From positions 158,908,001 to 158,972,000 of the forward strand of contig NC_086097.1 of NCBI RefSeq assembly GCF_963921235.1: a stretch of DNA of 64,000 bases, read 5' to 3'. The position numbers and the translations under genes were made by a program. The stretch's first letter is position 1; every line of letters starts with the position of its first letter. This DNA is from Mobula hypostoma (taxonomy: Eukaryota). Shown in pieces: positions 12,714-25,800 of this stretch. A model generated the notes under the pieces. It saw only the letters and a program-made list of their open reading frames with translations, did no database searches and was not told the DNA's origin.

Positions 12714-14014
12714 AAGTGGGAATAAAAGGGGCCTTCTCTAGTTGGCTGCTGGTGACGAGTGGTGTTCCTCAGGGGTCAGTATTGGGATGGCTACTTTTCA
12801 CATTGATTGCCAATGATTTAGATCAGTGGTCCCTGACCACTGGGCTGTGAAGCATGTGCTACCGGGCCGCGAGGAAACAATATGATTTGGCGATATGAAA
12901 CAATATGAGTCTGCTGCACCTTTCCTCATTCCCTGTCACGCATGGTTGAACTTGAACACACTGCATCCTCTCCCCCCCCCCCCCCCCATCAGCCGGTCCT
13001 CAAGAATATTGTCAATATTAAACCGGTCCACGGTGCAAAAAAGGTTGGGGACCCCTGATTTAGATAATAGGGTTGATGGCTTTGTGGCAAAGTTTGCAGA
13101 TGATACAAAGATATGTGAAGGAGTAGGTAATGCTGAGGAAGCAATGTGATTGCAGCATGACTTAGGCAAATTAGAAGAATGGGCAAAAAAGTGGCAGATA
13201 GAATACAGTATTGGGAAATGTATGATCATGCATTTTGGTAAAAGGAACAATAGTGCAGACTATTATCTAAATGGGGAGAAAATTCAAACATCAGAGATGC
13301 AGAGGGACTTAGGAATCCTCAGGCAAGACTTCCAGAAGGTTAATTTACAAGTTGAATCTGTGGTAAGGAAAGCAAGAACAATGTTGGCATTTATTTCAAG
13401 GGTAATAGAATATAAAAACAAGAAGATAATGCTATGCCTTTATAAGACATTAGTCAGGCCGCACTTGGAGTATTGTCAACTGTTTTGGGCCCAATATCCC
13501 AGGAAGGATGTGTTATTATGAGAGAGAGTCCAGAGGAGGTTCATGAGGATGATTCTGAGAATGAAGGAGTTAACTTACATTTGGCAGCTTTGGGCCTGTA
13601 CACACTGTAATTTAGAAGAATGCGGAGGGATCGCATTGAAACCTACCAAATGCTGAAACAACTAGATAGGGTGGAAGTGGGGAGGATGTTCCTATGGTGG
13701 AGTATCCAGAAATAGAGGGCACAGCCTCAAAATTGATCGGCAACCAATTAGAACCAAGGTAAGGAGGAATTTTTTTTTTAGCTAGAGAGTAGTAAATCTT
13801 TGGAATGGTCTGCCACAGACTGCGGTGGAGGCCGAGTCCATGCGTCAATTTAAGGCCAAAATTGATAGTTTCCTGATCAGTCAGGGCATCAAAGGATATG
13901 GCAAGAAGGCAGATGTATGGGGCTGAGTGGGATCTGCGATCAGCCATGATGGAATGATGGAGCAGACCCAATGGGCTGAATGACCTAATTCTGCTCCTTT
14001 GTCTTATGGTCTTA
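12714..14014 (+). mobile_element. CR1 LINE, 5'-truncated in RT
   Basis: VTSGVPQGSVLG, KFADDTK and LVRPHLEYC motifs; tail CTTATGGTCTTATG at about 14003-14016. Confidence 0.92.
12824..13057. mobile_element. hAT (Charlie-type) MITE
   Basis: TIRs CAGTGGTCCCTGACC / GGTTGGGGACCCCTG. Perfect 8-bp TSD ATTTAGAT at 12816-12823 and 13058-13065; its removal restores the CR1 RT frame (NDLD|NRVD). Confidence 0.92.
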
Positions 14015-14620
14015 TGCTTGGGTATGTCTAGTTCTGCGGTACAACCATCCTGAGTCTAGGTCATCCTTGACCTGCATAAGCTGTGATTTCAGCTTCCTTA
14101 TGGGTTTATGGATGGTATTTATCCGGATCCTGGCGATCCTTCCAGAAACTGTGAAAATATGGGGAAGACAGGCAGGAGCACCAGGTTCCTCCTCATTGTT
14201 AGGTTTCCTGGGTTTTCACTCTTTGTGTTACCTGAAGAAATTGGTGGTAGCAGATTGCAATGGCTTTGAGATTGACTTTGACGGCACAAAGTACTGTGCC
14301 ACACCAGTGGCTTTTGGGACTGCCTGGTGAAGGAAGCCATTAGCATAGAACTAGAGGGAAAGAATTTTAACAAAGATTAAGGTCTTGCTGAAAGTAGGAC
14401 CTGGAATTTGATTGTAAGCAAAGTGAGATAGCAGACGCACCTGATTGGATGAGGACTAACCAATACCAGTGGACTAGACATGCCTAGGCATCATCCTTGA
14501 TGAAGGTGGCAGAGTGTGTCATTGAAACGTTGGTTAAAGTTGACACTTGTACCCAGCTAGAAGGCCGAGAAGAGTTTATTTGTCATATATGCCGGGAATA
14601 CACTAGATCCTTTTTCAGTG
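14014..14620. mobile_element. Penelope-like element (Poseidon-type) remnant in two opposed pieces
   Basis: 14040-14225 (-) encodes the RT-EN linker (CLPHIFTVSGRIARI..KPIRKLKSQLMQVKDDL). 14255-14620 (+) encodes the GIY-YIG C-terminus (WDCLVKEAISIEL..NFNKD) followed by pLTR sequence. Homologous to 61530-62430. Confidence 0.72.
14493..14535 (+). ncRNA. Degenerate minimal hammerhead ribozyme of the PLE pLTR
   Basis: ATCC-TTGATGA-AG-GTGGCA gagtg TGTCAT-T-GAAA-CGTT-GGTT; the core CTGATGA carries a C>T change and stem II is intact. Confidence 0.62.
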
Positions 14621-16854
14621 TGCAATCACTTACCTCAGAGACAATAATAAACCAGTAATTATTTCAATACCAATGACTTGCTCAAGCTTGCCTGTATGAC
14701 TTGCTGATAGAACACAAGGCACTGTAGGGATATTCACTTGTGAGAGGAGGTAATGATGAGTGTGGACAGCAGTGCCAGCTCTACAAGCTCTGAAATGTTG
14801 TTCCTGAAGTACCAGCCTTGAATGTTACATGGTAGAGTGTGGAGGAATGTAAGGCAGCTTGCTTGCATCTTCGACAGTGCCTCTATAAGCTGGTTAATTC
14901 AAGTTGGTCATCTGAGAAAATCTTCCTGCAGATATTTGTTCCCCTTCCTCCTCCAGCCCTTCAAAGACTGCCTGTCTGGCTTCTTCACAGAGGCATGGCT
15001 GCAGCTGAAGGCATGAGTGAATTCAACAAGGTGCCTGGCTGCTCCTTTTTGTGATAATATGCGCACAGTTCTGCTTCTGCATATTACCACATTTCTTGTA
15101 CATTCTAAACAGATATTGATTCACTGTGCTGACTCCTTTCTTTGATCCAAATTCCCAGCATCTCAGAATGTCAGCCCTGTTTCTCTGAAATAAATAAGAG
15201 ACTTGCTTTGTCGGGATGATCACTCATGGGTTGCTTTCTTCCTCCCCTGGCCTAGAGACTTGCCTTGTTATTTTACATTGCGCTCCTGATGTCTGCCAAG
15301 AGCAGATCTCGCTAGGAGAGGGCAATTGGCTGAAGTAAAAAGGCACTATTGGGAGCATAGAACATGGCTCAAATCTTATAAACTTTCAGAGTAAATCAAC
15401 ACTCTTTGGACAGGCAGTACTCACCCTGTCTTTGCCTCAAATCTCTTGGTTCACTACTGTATTACACATCCTGCTGTGGTACAGGAAACCAGATATGAAA
15501 TTTCTCAGATTAAAATTTCTTAATTCAGCTAGAGCTATTCAAGGCAGTCACCTTCAGCTGTAAATGTACTTATGTCTAAATCATATTGTACCAATCATAC
15601 TGAATTCTTGTTCTGACATATTTAGCATCACGCCTGTTCACATAACTTCACCAAAAACCATTGTTTGAACACATAGTCTCAGGTTGTGGTTCAAATTGCC
15701 ATGCACAAGAGAAAAATACCTCGTGGATAGATTCACCTTTTTAGGTAATTCTTGGCTAACCTTATAAGGGTCGGAAAAAACTTTTGAGGAATATATTGTA
15801 TAGCAACCTAGATTTATACTTCATCCCATTGACATCTCACGACTCTTCAAAGAAGTGAGGAAAGAGTTGCTATGGGAACACTTGTCCATTTTTAAAGATG
15901 CGAAAGGATTCATGTGTGATTATCAATCATTCCCTGTAAGTATCTAGACAATGCGAGGTTCTTTATCAACAATCCTAATCAAATACTGCAATGCAATTCA
16001 TGAATTCTGGATTGCAACTTGAAGCAAATCCTTTTAACTCTGCATAAGTCATCAGTAAGAATCTAATTAACATGTTATAAACAATTTTCAGTAAATTGCC
16101 TTCATAAGATTGAAGAAGAGCCACGGCAAATGGGAATTATTTAACACCTACAACATAAGATTATGGGGAAAGCTTAGAAATCAGATTTCTTTTCGGTCAA
16201 GAAAGGAGAAAATGAATCGGGTTGTTGACACAAGTGTATTTGAAAAACATATAATTTAATGGTTAGGTCACAGATCTAAAGGATGTGATCAATGAGCTGT
16301 AAGTTTTGGGCAAGACTAATCAGTATTTATTTAACTATGTTTCAGCTGTTAGATTCCCCTGCATGAAATTGTCCAACAACTTGAGCAGATAACTGGAGTC
16401 ATGACAGGAGTCAGGTAGTCAGTGGTACTTGGTTCTGGTGTTGGTGAAAGTACAATATCCAAGCAGAAAACCTTCTTATAGTGACTTTGGGTCAGTGAGA
16501 AGATAGGGCACTCTGTTTTCTTGGATTTCTCCTGGTTCTCTGAAGTAACTGAGCCAGTCTTGACAAGGTGTCCCCAGGAAGAGTGATTGTAACTATACAA
16601 TATCTACAAACGAGTACAAACAATTTTCAGATGACAGTTCGTGATCGTCTTTTGCCTATACTTTATGCAACCGATCTGTGGTGTTTCCAATTACAGAACT
16701 TTAACAAAGTCCTATATGCTAACTGCATATATTCATAACTCAGGCTGTCAATCAAAATGCAGTTTGGTTAGCTGAATTTTGGAAAGACGTCTATAAACCA
16801 GCCATGCAACAAAAAGTAAACAGTAATGGTGAGAAAAGAGAGTGTGCAGAAATT

Positions 16855-17122
16855 ATTATTTTATTTACTTATTTAGAGACACAGCACGGAATAGGCCCTT
16901 CAGACCCTTAGAGCTGCACCACCCTGCAACCACCAACAACCTTGATTTAACCCTAACCTAATCACTGGACAATTTACAAAGAATAATTATCCACCCAGTT
17001 TGTCTTTGCACTATGAGAGGAAACTGGAGGAGCCACCGAGAGAACCCACACGTTTCTTGGGGAGTATGTACAGATGACACCGAAATTGAACTCTGAACTC
17101 CAACACCCTAAACTGTAATAGC
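16855..17122 (-). mobile_element. V-SINE (HE1-like) with CR1-derived tail
   Basis: ATTTAGAGACACAGCACGGAATAGGCCCTTC tail; GAGAGGAAACTGGAGGAGCCACCGAGAGAACCCACAC V-domain. Confidence 0.75.
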
Positions 17123-20074
17123 AATAATATCTTGCAATTTTCAGGGTAATTCTCCTGGCTGCACTTTTAATCTGTCTCATCATCAGAGGAAATAATAGTA
17201 GCATCTAATTTGAAGTGATGTTAAAGTAGGTCAATAGGGTCAAACGTAGAGCCGCGTCAAGTAAGCCTAGGTCTTGCAGTCTGATGCCTTGTAGCTTCCA
17301 GACCACACTATAGTGCAGCCAGTCAGGACACTCTTGTTGGTGCTCCTATAGAAAGTTGTTAGAATGGGACCTTGCATGTCTCAGTCTCCTCAGGAAGTGT
17401 AGATGCTGCTATACCTTCTTGACTAGTGAGGAGGTGTTGTGGGTCCAGATTAGATCGTCCATTATGTGCACAACCAGGAACTTTGTGCTCTTCACTCTCT
17501 CCGCTGCAGAGCCATTGATGTGTAATGAAGAGTGGTTGATATGCGCCGTCCTGATGTCCACAATTATCTCTTTTGACTTGTCCATGGTGAAACTCGGTTG
17601 TTGTTCTCACACCATTTGACAAGCCTCTCTACCTCTTATCTGTATGCCAACTCATCATTGTTGCAGATGAGGCCAACTGCTGTTGAATCATCACTAAACT
17701 TGATTATGTGGTTTGAGCTGGCTCTGGCAGTGCCGTTGTGTGTCAGCAGCATGCTGAACATACAGGTCTGGTGGCATCAGTGCACCCCATGATGGAGCTT
17801 AATATGTTGCTGCCAACTCAACTTGCTGGGCTCTGTCCGTCACAAAATCCAAGATCCAGTTCCAGAGAGGGGTGTTGACTCCCAGTGAAGACTGTTTACC
17901 CACCAGCCCCTGATGCTCATGTTAAATGCCAAGCTGATGTCAATGAACACAACCTGATGTATGAGTCATTGTTTTATAGATGGGACAGTATGGAGTGGAG
18001 GGCTGAGGCTATGGTATCATCAGTACTAGTTTGTGAGGTAGGCAAACTGGCAAAGGTGCAATGTAGCAGGAGGCATCATTTTATACAATCCATTCAAAGC
18101 ACTTCATGATTGTTGAGGTCAGTACTACTAGGTGGTAATCGTTTAGGCCAGTTATCGTCTCTTTCTTGGGCAGTAGAAAGATGGTGGCTGCCTTGAAGCC
18201 TGCAGGGACAATCGACTGTTGTAAAGAGATACTAAAGATGTCTTTTGGGATTTTCCTGGTGGTGGCTGATGGAGTAACAGCATTCTGCCGTTGCTCCAAT
18301 TTTAATTATCTTACTATTTCCAACCTGTCTTGAAACTTCTTTTTTAAGTGTGATATGCTTTCATTATGGCTGGACAGAGTGCCAGAGGTACTAAAAAGGA
18401 TGATCTTCCTGCTTCTTTGGATTCTATTATGGATTTGATGCAAATTCATACACGAGAAGCCTCTGAGAAGTTTCAACAATTCAGCACTGAATTTAAACAA
18501 ATAGATGGGAAATTGGATTCTATTCAACAAACTCTTAATGAACATGATAAATGTATTAAAAATAATGAAGAAATTTTGTCGGTTTTGGAAATGGAAGTGC
18601 AATTTTTTAAATAAGGGTTTTAACCCGTCCCTTGGCTACCCAGTTTGACTGAGAATCTCATTAAGATTGGTCCTTCGAATGGTTTTGTTGGAATGTTGAA
18701 GCACAAAGATTTTTTAAATTTAAAGGCTAACTGTTTAGTCTGTTTTTCCATGAAGATATAAGATTAATGTTTAATGTCTTTCTGTATGAAAAATTGTATC
18801 TTTTACTTTTGGTAAACCTTTGTAACTAATTTCCTTTCGTAATTTCTAATACTGTATTTTTGATGTACGAGAATTAAATTTCTTGTTTGGATATTGTTTC
18901 GTCTAGGTTGGAATATAAATAACCTTGAAACTAATTGGAGCAATCACCAGGTTTTTTGGGGGGGTTGTCTGTAGTTTTTAGATGCCGACTTTCTATTGGT
19001 TGGTTTTCTTTCTTTGGGAGGTGGGCAGGGTTTTTTCCTCCAGAAGCTGTTTTCGAATTTCTAGCCAACTTGTTGCTTGGTTACCATTTCTTAAGGTTTT
19101 TAACTTACATTTTAACTCTTCCTTAAAATAATATTAAAAATGGACCAAACTATTAATTTACTTAGTTTTAACGTGAAAGGGTATTAAGAAATTTAAGGTC
19201 CCTATTATTTTTTTACAAGAAACTCACATACGCAAATGTGATAATCTACATTTTTTTAGCCGTTGGAACGGATTTTGTTTTCACTCTTTTTTCAGGCCAA
19301 ATCTAGAGGAGTTTCGATTCTTATAGATAATACACTTTCTTTTGTCCAACATAGTGTCTGATACTAATGGATGTTTTGTTATAGTTTCAGGAAAAGTAGA
19401 TAATAAATTAATAGTATTTGCCAATGTGTATGCCCCAAATGTAGATGATCCAGGATTCTTTGCACATTTTTTTTTTCAGTTTTACCAGATCTGAATCTTT
19501 ATTCTTTGGTGATGGGAGGAGATCCTAACTGCCGGCTAGACCCAATTTTAGACCGATCATCTTCTAGACCAGCATCACTTAATAAATCAGCTTGGCTTAT
19601 TCAATCCTTTTTATTGAGGTGTGGTATAGTTGATGTTTAGCATTTTTTTTATATCCTTTAGACAGGGAGTATTCGTTTTATTTCCCATGTTCGTCATACA
19701 TATTCCAGGATTGATTATTTTTTTATCGATAGTCAAATGATTTCATCAATTTGTTCCTGTGAATACAAAGAGGTTGCTGTTTCAGATCATGCTCCCATAT
19801 TTCTATCTTTAAAATTCCCTGGTCTTCCTCAAACCAACAGATTTTGGCGTTTTATTACAACTTTGTTATCTGATAAGGAATTTTTTTAATTTCTAGAGAA
19901 GCATATTATTTTGTTTTTTGAAGAGAATAAGAAGGAAGAGACTTCTAATCTTATTGTATAGGTTACTTTCAAGGCCTATATTAGAGGACAAATTATTTCT
20001 TATACTGCGAGTGTTAAGAGTAAAGCGAATAAAGAAAGAATTGAATTAGCCAATCAATTGAAACAATTAGATCA

Positions 20075-22084
20075 CTACTACTACTATATCGACTCAGCCC
20101 TAGGGGGCCGGCGTCAGGCACGATGACGGACTCTCCACTTCTCCCTCTCCCTCATCAGTGTGTTCAGTTCATCTACGTTAGCCATGCCACTGTCTTCGAG
20201 GAGCATGTTGACCATAGTCTTGGGAGGGCGCCCATGGTTCATCCTCCCATGCTTGGGCTCCCATATGATGACCAGGCTGGCAGGTAGCTCGGGGTGGCGT
20301 AGACAGTGCCCCGCTAGTTGCAGTTTTCTCGCCTCGACCTTAATGGTGAGCATCGGTAGGTTGTTATAGAGCTCGACTTTCATCATGTGCTGTTGCCAAC
20401 TCACATCAAGAGCCATCCTCAGCATTCATGAATAGCAACCATCTAGAGACTTTAGCATCGTCTTGGTGAGTGTCCACGTCTCGCATCCTACGTGAGAATG
20501 GACTCTATGACTGCTATGAAAATCCTCTTTTTAAGCCCCCTGGTCAAGTTTGACTTCCAGATTTCCTTCATGTCGTTCATAGCCCTCCACACCAGCGCCT
20601 TCCGTATCTTTATGTCCTTCTCCGAACTCATCACTCTTGACCGGAGGTACTTGTAGTCAAAGACTTTCTTAATGGTGTCATTTTCTACGGCCTTGAGAGT
20701 ACCTTCGTCGCAGTTAAACGCCATGTACTCTGTCTTTTCAGTGTTTAGGTGAAGTCCAACTTTATTGCACTCAATTTCCACTTTTGTCAGTAGCTGCTAT
20801 GCTTCCTCCATCTGGTCAGAGAGCAGGACTATGTCACCTGCAAAATCGAGATCTGTGAGCGTAACTGGTCTGACCTTTTTGGTTTGCCATAGTTTTATGG
20901 TAAAACCAAGCTTGTCATGATCTTTGGTAGCTTGACGCAGTGCGTAATCAAGGACGATTATAAAGATGTAGGGTGCCAGAGTGTCTCCTTGCAGCACACC
21001 AGCTAGGAGCTCGAACACTGCTGTTTCTCCATGTGGTGATACAACTTTTGCCATGGTTTTGGTATAGCTGGACTCTATTGCTCTCAGTAGAAGGTCTGGC
21101 TCTCCATAAGCTTTCAGGATCTTCAGCATTTTACCTCGGTGAATGGAGTCAAAAGTTTTGCGAAAATTGATGTAAGTAAGCACGGCTGGTAGGTTGTTCT
21201 TCTTGACTTCCTCGATGATCCTACGGAGAGCAAGTATTTGCATTACTGTTGTTCTCTTCGGCCGAAAACCATTCTGATTGAATCTTAGCTTAGGGTCAAT
21301 GGCGGTGCGAATCCTGTTCAAGATCATCGGATTGTATAGCTTTGCTAAGATGCAGGTCAAGCTGATACCGCGGTAGTTATTTGCCTTTGTGAGGGATCCA
21401 GACTTGGCGACTGGGATAATGTTTGAGAGTGGCCACTGTTCTGGTTTGTCGCCTTACATCAATGCCTATTACATATGTCCAGCAAGATGTCGTCCAGGTC
21501 GCAGTTCTTCAGGACATCTGGTGGTATCCCAACTGGTCCAGCTCTGCTGCCCTGCTTGAGTGCATATTTAGCCTTCTTCAGTTCCTCAATGGTGAGTGGG
21601 CCGTCATCCATGTCAACTTGCGTTAGTATCGTGGGTATGTCCTCTTCTTCTTCCGTGATCATTGGAGGGCTTCCCAGCAGGTTCCTAAAGTGGGTAAACC
21701 ATGTCAGGACATGGTCCTCTGCTGTTTTACCACATATTTGACCTAATGGAGACTTCTTCCATCTACTGATCTCATTGACTAGGCACCATGCTTCTCCATG
21801 CTGCACGTCTTCATTAGCAGCTTCTATCTCTCTAATCCTCTCAGCTAGTTCCTCTTCTTTCAGTCGGTCATAGGTGGCAAAGAGATTCTTCTTTGCTGTC
21901 TTGAACTTGTCTCTTAGCTCTTCAGTTTCGCTCCTTCTAAGTTTGGCAAGACAAGCATTGACCATGCTTCTTGCTGTGACGACATCAGGATGTTTCGAGA
22001 TCCGATTCTTCTTGATTCGCTTCACAGTAGGCAAACTCTTTGTTGCATCTGTGTGTGCATCTATGAGCCGTTGATAGCTGTCGG
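20075..22084 (-). mobile_element. RTE-clade LINE, 5'-truncated, (TAG)n tail
   Basis: QNGFRPKRTT, GVLQGDTLAP, LDFAGDI and LQLAGHCLRH..GRPPKT motifs; CTACTACTACTA tail; 11-bp TSD CAATTAGATCA at 20064-20074 and 22091-22101. Confidence 0.92.
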
Positions 22085-22356
22085 TTAGATCAATTAGATC
22101 AAAAATATGCTATAGCTCCAGATTCTGTTTTATATGAAAGACGTGTTGAAGTTAAAACTAAATATGATCTTCTGTTAACATATCCAGTTGAAACTCAACT
22201 TCTTAAAGATAAAACTCAATTTTACATTCACAGAGATAAATCAGGCAAAGTATTGGCCAACCAATTAAAAACTTCTGTAGTTAAATGACAAATTAAAGAA
22301 ATTTGCAAAACTAATGGTGATAGGACAACTGATTACTCTGAAATAAATGATAACTT

Positions 22357-22825
22357 ATGTTTCGTGTTAGGTTTCAACACCTAAGTTACAGAGAAAGGTT
22401 GAACAAGTTAGGTCTTTATTCTTTGGAGCGTAGAAGGTTGAGGGGGGACTTGATAGAGGTACTTAAAATTATGAAGGGGATAGATAGAGTTGACGTGGAT
22501 AGGCTTTTTCCATTGAGAGTAGGGGAGATTCAAACAAGAGGACATGAGCCGAGAGTTAAGGGGCAAAAGTTTAGGGGTAACACAAGGGGGAACTTCTTTA
22601 CTCAAGAGAGTGGTAGCTGTGTGGAACGAGCTTCCAGTAGAAGTGGTAGATGCAGATTCGATTTTGTCATTTAAAAAAAATTGGATAGGTATATGGACAG
22701 GAAAGGAATGGAGGGTTATGGACTGAGTGCAGGTAGATGGGACTAGGTGAGAGTAAGTGTTCGGCACGGACTGGGAGGGCTGAGATGGCCTGTTTCCGTG
22801 CTGTAATTGTTACATATGGTTATAT
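22357..22825 (+). mobile_element. CR1 3' end inserted in L1 ORF2
   Basis: LSYRERLNKLGLYSLERRRLRGDLIEV; 6-bp TSD TAACTT at 22351-22356 and 22826-22831; same subfamily as 31178-33056. Confidence 0.88.
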
Positions 22826-25800
22826 TAACTTTAGAGAATTCTGTTCTAAACTTTAAAGTTCTGATTCCCCTAAAGATACTGTATTGAATAATTTTCTAGA
22901 TCAATTAAATATCCCTGTACTTTCTGCAGATAATTGCAAACAGATGGATGAACCCATTTCTTATGAGGAAATTACCGAGGCTCTACGTTCATTACACTCA
23001 GGGAAGGCCCCAGGTCCAGATGGATTTTCTGGAGAATTTTATAAGGCTTTTTCTTCATTAATTATACCACAGTTACACTTAGTCTTTTTGGATTCTTTCA
23101 AATTGGGTAGTTTGCCTCAATCTTTTTATGAAGCTTCTATTTCGCTTATCCTATAAAAGAACAAGGACCCAACTGAATGCTCTTCATATAGGCCAATTTC
23201 ATTATTCAATGTTGATACTAAAATTCTTTCTAAAGTTGTGGCTCATAGAATTGAAAATATTTTACCTTCTATTATTTCTGATGATCAGAGTGGATTTGTT
23301 AAAAACCGATTTTCACATTTTAATATACGCCATGTATTAAATATTATTTACTCTCCTTCTCAGGAGATATCAGAATGTGTGATATCCTTAGATGCTGAGA
23401 AGGCCTTCGATCGGGTTGAATGGAATTATTTGTTTAAAACCTTAGAAAAATTTAATTTTGGACCAGATTTTATTCAATGGATTAAATTACTTTATTTATC
23501 TCCTGCTCGGGTTCTTACTAATTTTCAAACTTCCAAACCATTTAAACTTCACTGTGGTACTAGACAAGGTTGTCTGTTGAGTCCTTTGCTTTTTGATTTC
23601 GCTTTAGAACCCCTTGCCATTGCTTTTTGAGAATCTAATGATATCTGTGGTATTTTAAGGAGAGGTATCACACACAAAATCTCGCTTTATGCTGATGATA
23701 TATTGCTTTTTATCTCTAATGTTGAGACCTCGTTACCTTGCGTACTTTCTTTACTCTCCTGTTTTAGCCAGTTTTCAGGATATAAATTGATCCTACATGA
23801 GAATGAATTATTTCCTTTTAATAATTTGGTTTAATTTAATACTAATTTCCCTTTTTAAATTGTAAGGAATCAATTTACTTATTTTGGTGTAACAGTCACT
23901 AAGAATTACAAACACCTGTTTAAAGAAAACTTCCTTACTTTATTGACCTATGTAAAAATTATATCATTGAATTGGTCACCCCTTTCAATGTCATTAATTG
24001 GATAAATTAATTCTATTAAAATGAATATTCTACCTAAATTTATATATCTTTTTCGGGCCTTACACATTTTTATTTCTAAATCCTTTTCTCATTTTCTTGA
24101 ATCTATTTTATCCTCCTATATATGGAAAAATAAATGTCCTCATTTCAATAAAGTTCATCTTCAAAAACCTCAAAAGTCTGGAGGTTTAGCCTTACCTAAT
24201 TTTAGGTTCCATTACTGGGCAGTTAATATACGATATCTTACATTTAGAAGCTAAATTTTCTATTATTTCTCTTCTTGGATCCTCACTTCCTTTATTTGTA
24301 AGTAAGCTAACTGATAATTTAGTAGTTAAACACACTCTGAGGATCTGGATACAATTTAGAAAACATTTTGGTTTATTGAGATCTTCCCTTTCTAGCCCCA
24401 TTTATTCTAATTTTTTTAAACCCTCCATGATTGATTTAGTTTTTAAAGAATGGGACAGGTTGGGTATTAAATGTTTTTGGGATCTATTTGTTGGAGGAAA
24501 TCTATTTTCATTTGAACAATTATCAGCTAAATATAGCTTACCCAAAACTCAGTTTTTTAGATATCTACAAATCAGAGACTTTCTAAGATCTCAATTATGT
24601 ACATTTCCTATCAGCTCAGATAAGAACTTACTAGATGTAATTTTTAATTTGACACATTTTCATAAAGGTTCAATATCTAATATTTATGATATGTTACTGG
24701 AGATGAGGAATGTTCCTTTAGACAAAATTAAGAGTCTCTGGGAACAAGATTTACAGACATCAATATCTGAGGAAACTTGGAATGGAATTTTTAAACTGGT
24801 TAATACTTCATCGCTATGTGCTCGCCATTCCCTCATACAATTTAAGGTGGTACATAGACCCCATATGACTAAAGATAAGCTATCTCGTTTTTATTCGGAT
24901 ATATCTCCCTACTGTGACAGATGTAATAATGGAGAAGCTTCATCAATTCATATGTCTTGGACTTGTCCATGTCTTGAAAAATATTGGAAGGAAGTTTTTC
25001 AAACTTTTTCTTTACTTTTCGAAGTCAATTTTAAGCCTCATCCTCTGATGGCCCTATTCGATACTGTTGCAGGACAAGATATCAAGCTGAAGACATCAGA
25101 TTTACATATTTTGGCCTTTAGCTCTCTTATAGCTAGGAGGGTGCTTTTGTTTAAATGGAAAGATATTTTTCCTCTTACTCATGCTCATGCAATGTTATGT
25201 CATGCTTAGATTTAGAGAAGATTCGTTGTTCAATTTCTGAATCTCATCAGGAATTTCAAGCATTGTGGGACCCTTTCTGAATTATTTTCAAAACTTTCAA
25301 AACCCTCAATTTGTTGTTTAAATTTAGATTTTGGCTATTATTAATTTTTATGATACGAGAAGGTATTTTGCCTTTTTATCTCCCCTTGATAAACAGCTTC
25401 GGTCTTGGTAGGGGTTAGACTCTTTTTTTGTAATAAATTAATATATTTCAGTATAACTATTGACTAACCTACATGAATACGGGGTAATAAGATTGTTATT
25501 ATGAATAGATGCAATGTAATTAGTAGTTTTTTCTTATCTTTTTTGACCTTTAATATATACTTCCTTGTACTCTGTATTCTTCTATGTAGAAACTAATAAA
25601 ATATTGAAAAGAAAGATGCCTTTTAAGACCTCTGTTAGCTGAGCTGCACAATCTCTGAGTACCCAACCAGGTATGTCGGCTGGACCCGCAGCTTTTCTTG
25701 GGTTTGCCCTGGCGACGATCTGCCTCACCTTGTCTATGACTAGGCAGGGTGCCTGATGTTCAGGGGGAGAGAAGAGGCTTTCTTTATTGTCCATTCATAG

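Larger units (their letters stand above)
18247..25611 (+). mobile_element. L1-clade LINE with both ends present, internally deleted ORF1 and degraded ORF2, hosting RTE and CR1 inserts
   Basis: 13-bp TSD AAAGATG(T/C)CTTTT at 18234-18246 and 25612-25624. Coiled-coil ORF1 piece at 18366-18614; ORF2 start MDQTINLLSFNVKG at 19140; GKAPGPDGFSGEFYKAF, DAEKAFDRVEW, GTRQGCLLSPLLF, YADD (about 23688), C-terminal CDRC..H..WTC knuckle; AATAAA at about 25595. Confidence 0.92.

Noticed and set aside
14822..15090. Overlapping short ORFs (e.g. EEARQAVFEGLEEEGEQ on the minus strand) as a pseudogene
   Set aside because: No recognisable protein family and stops occur in all frames; insufficient support.
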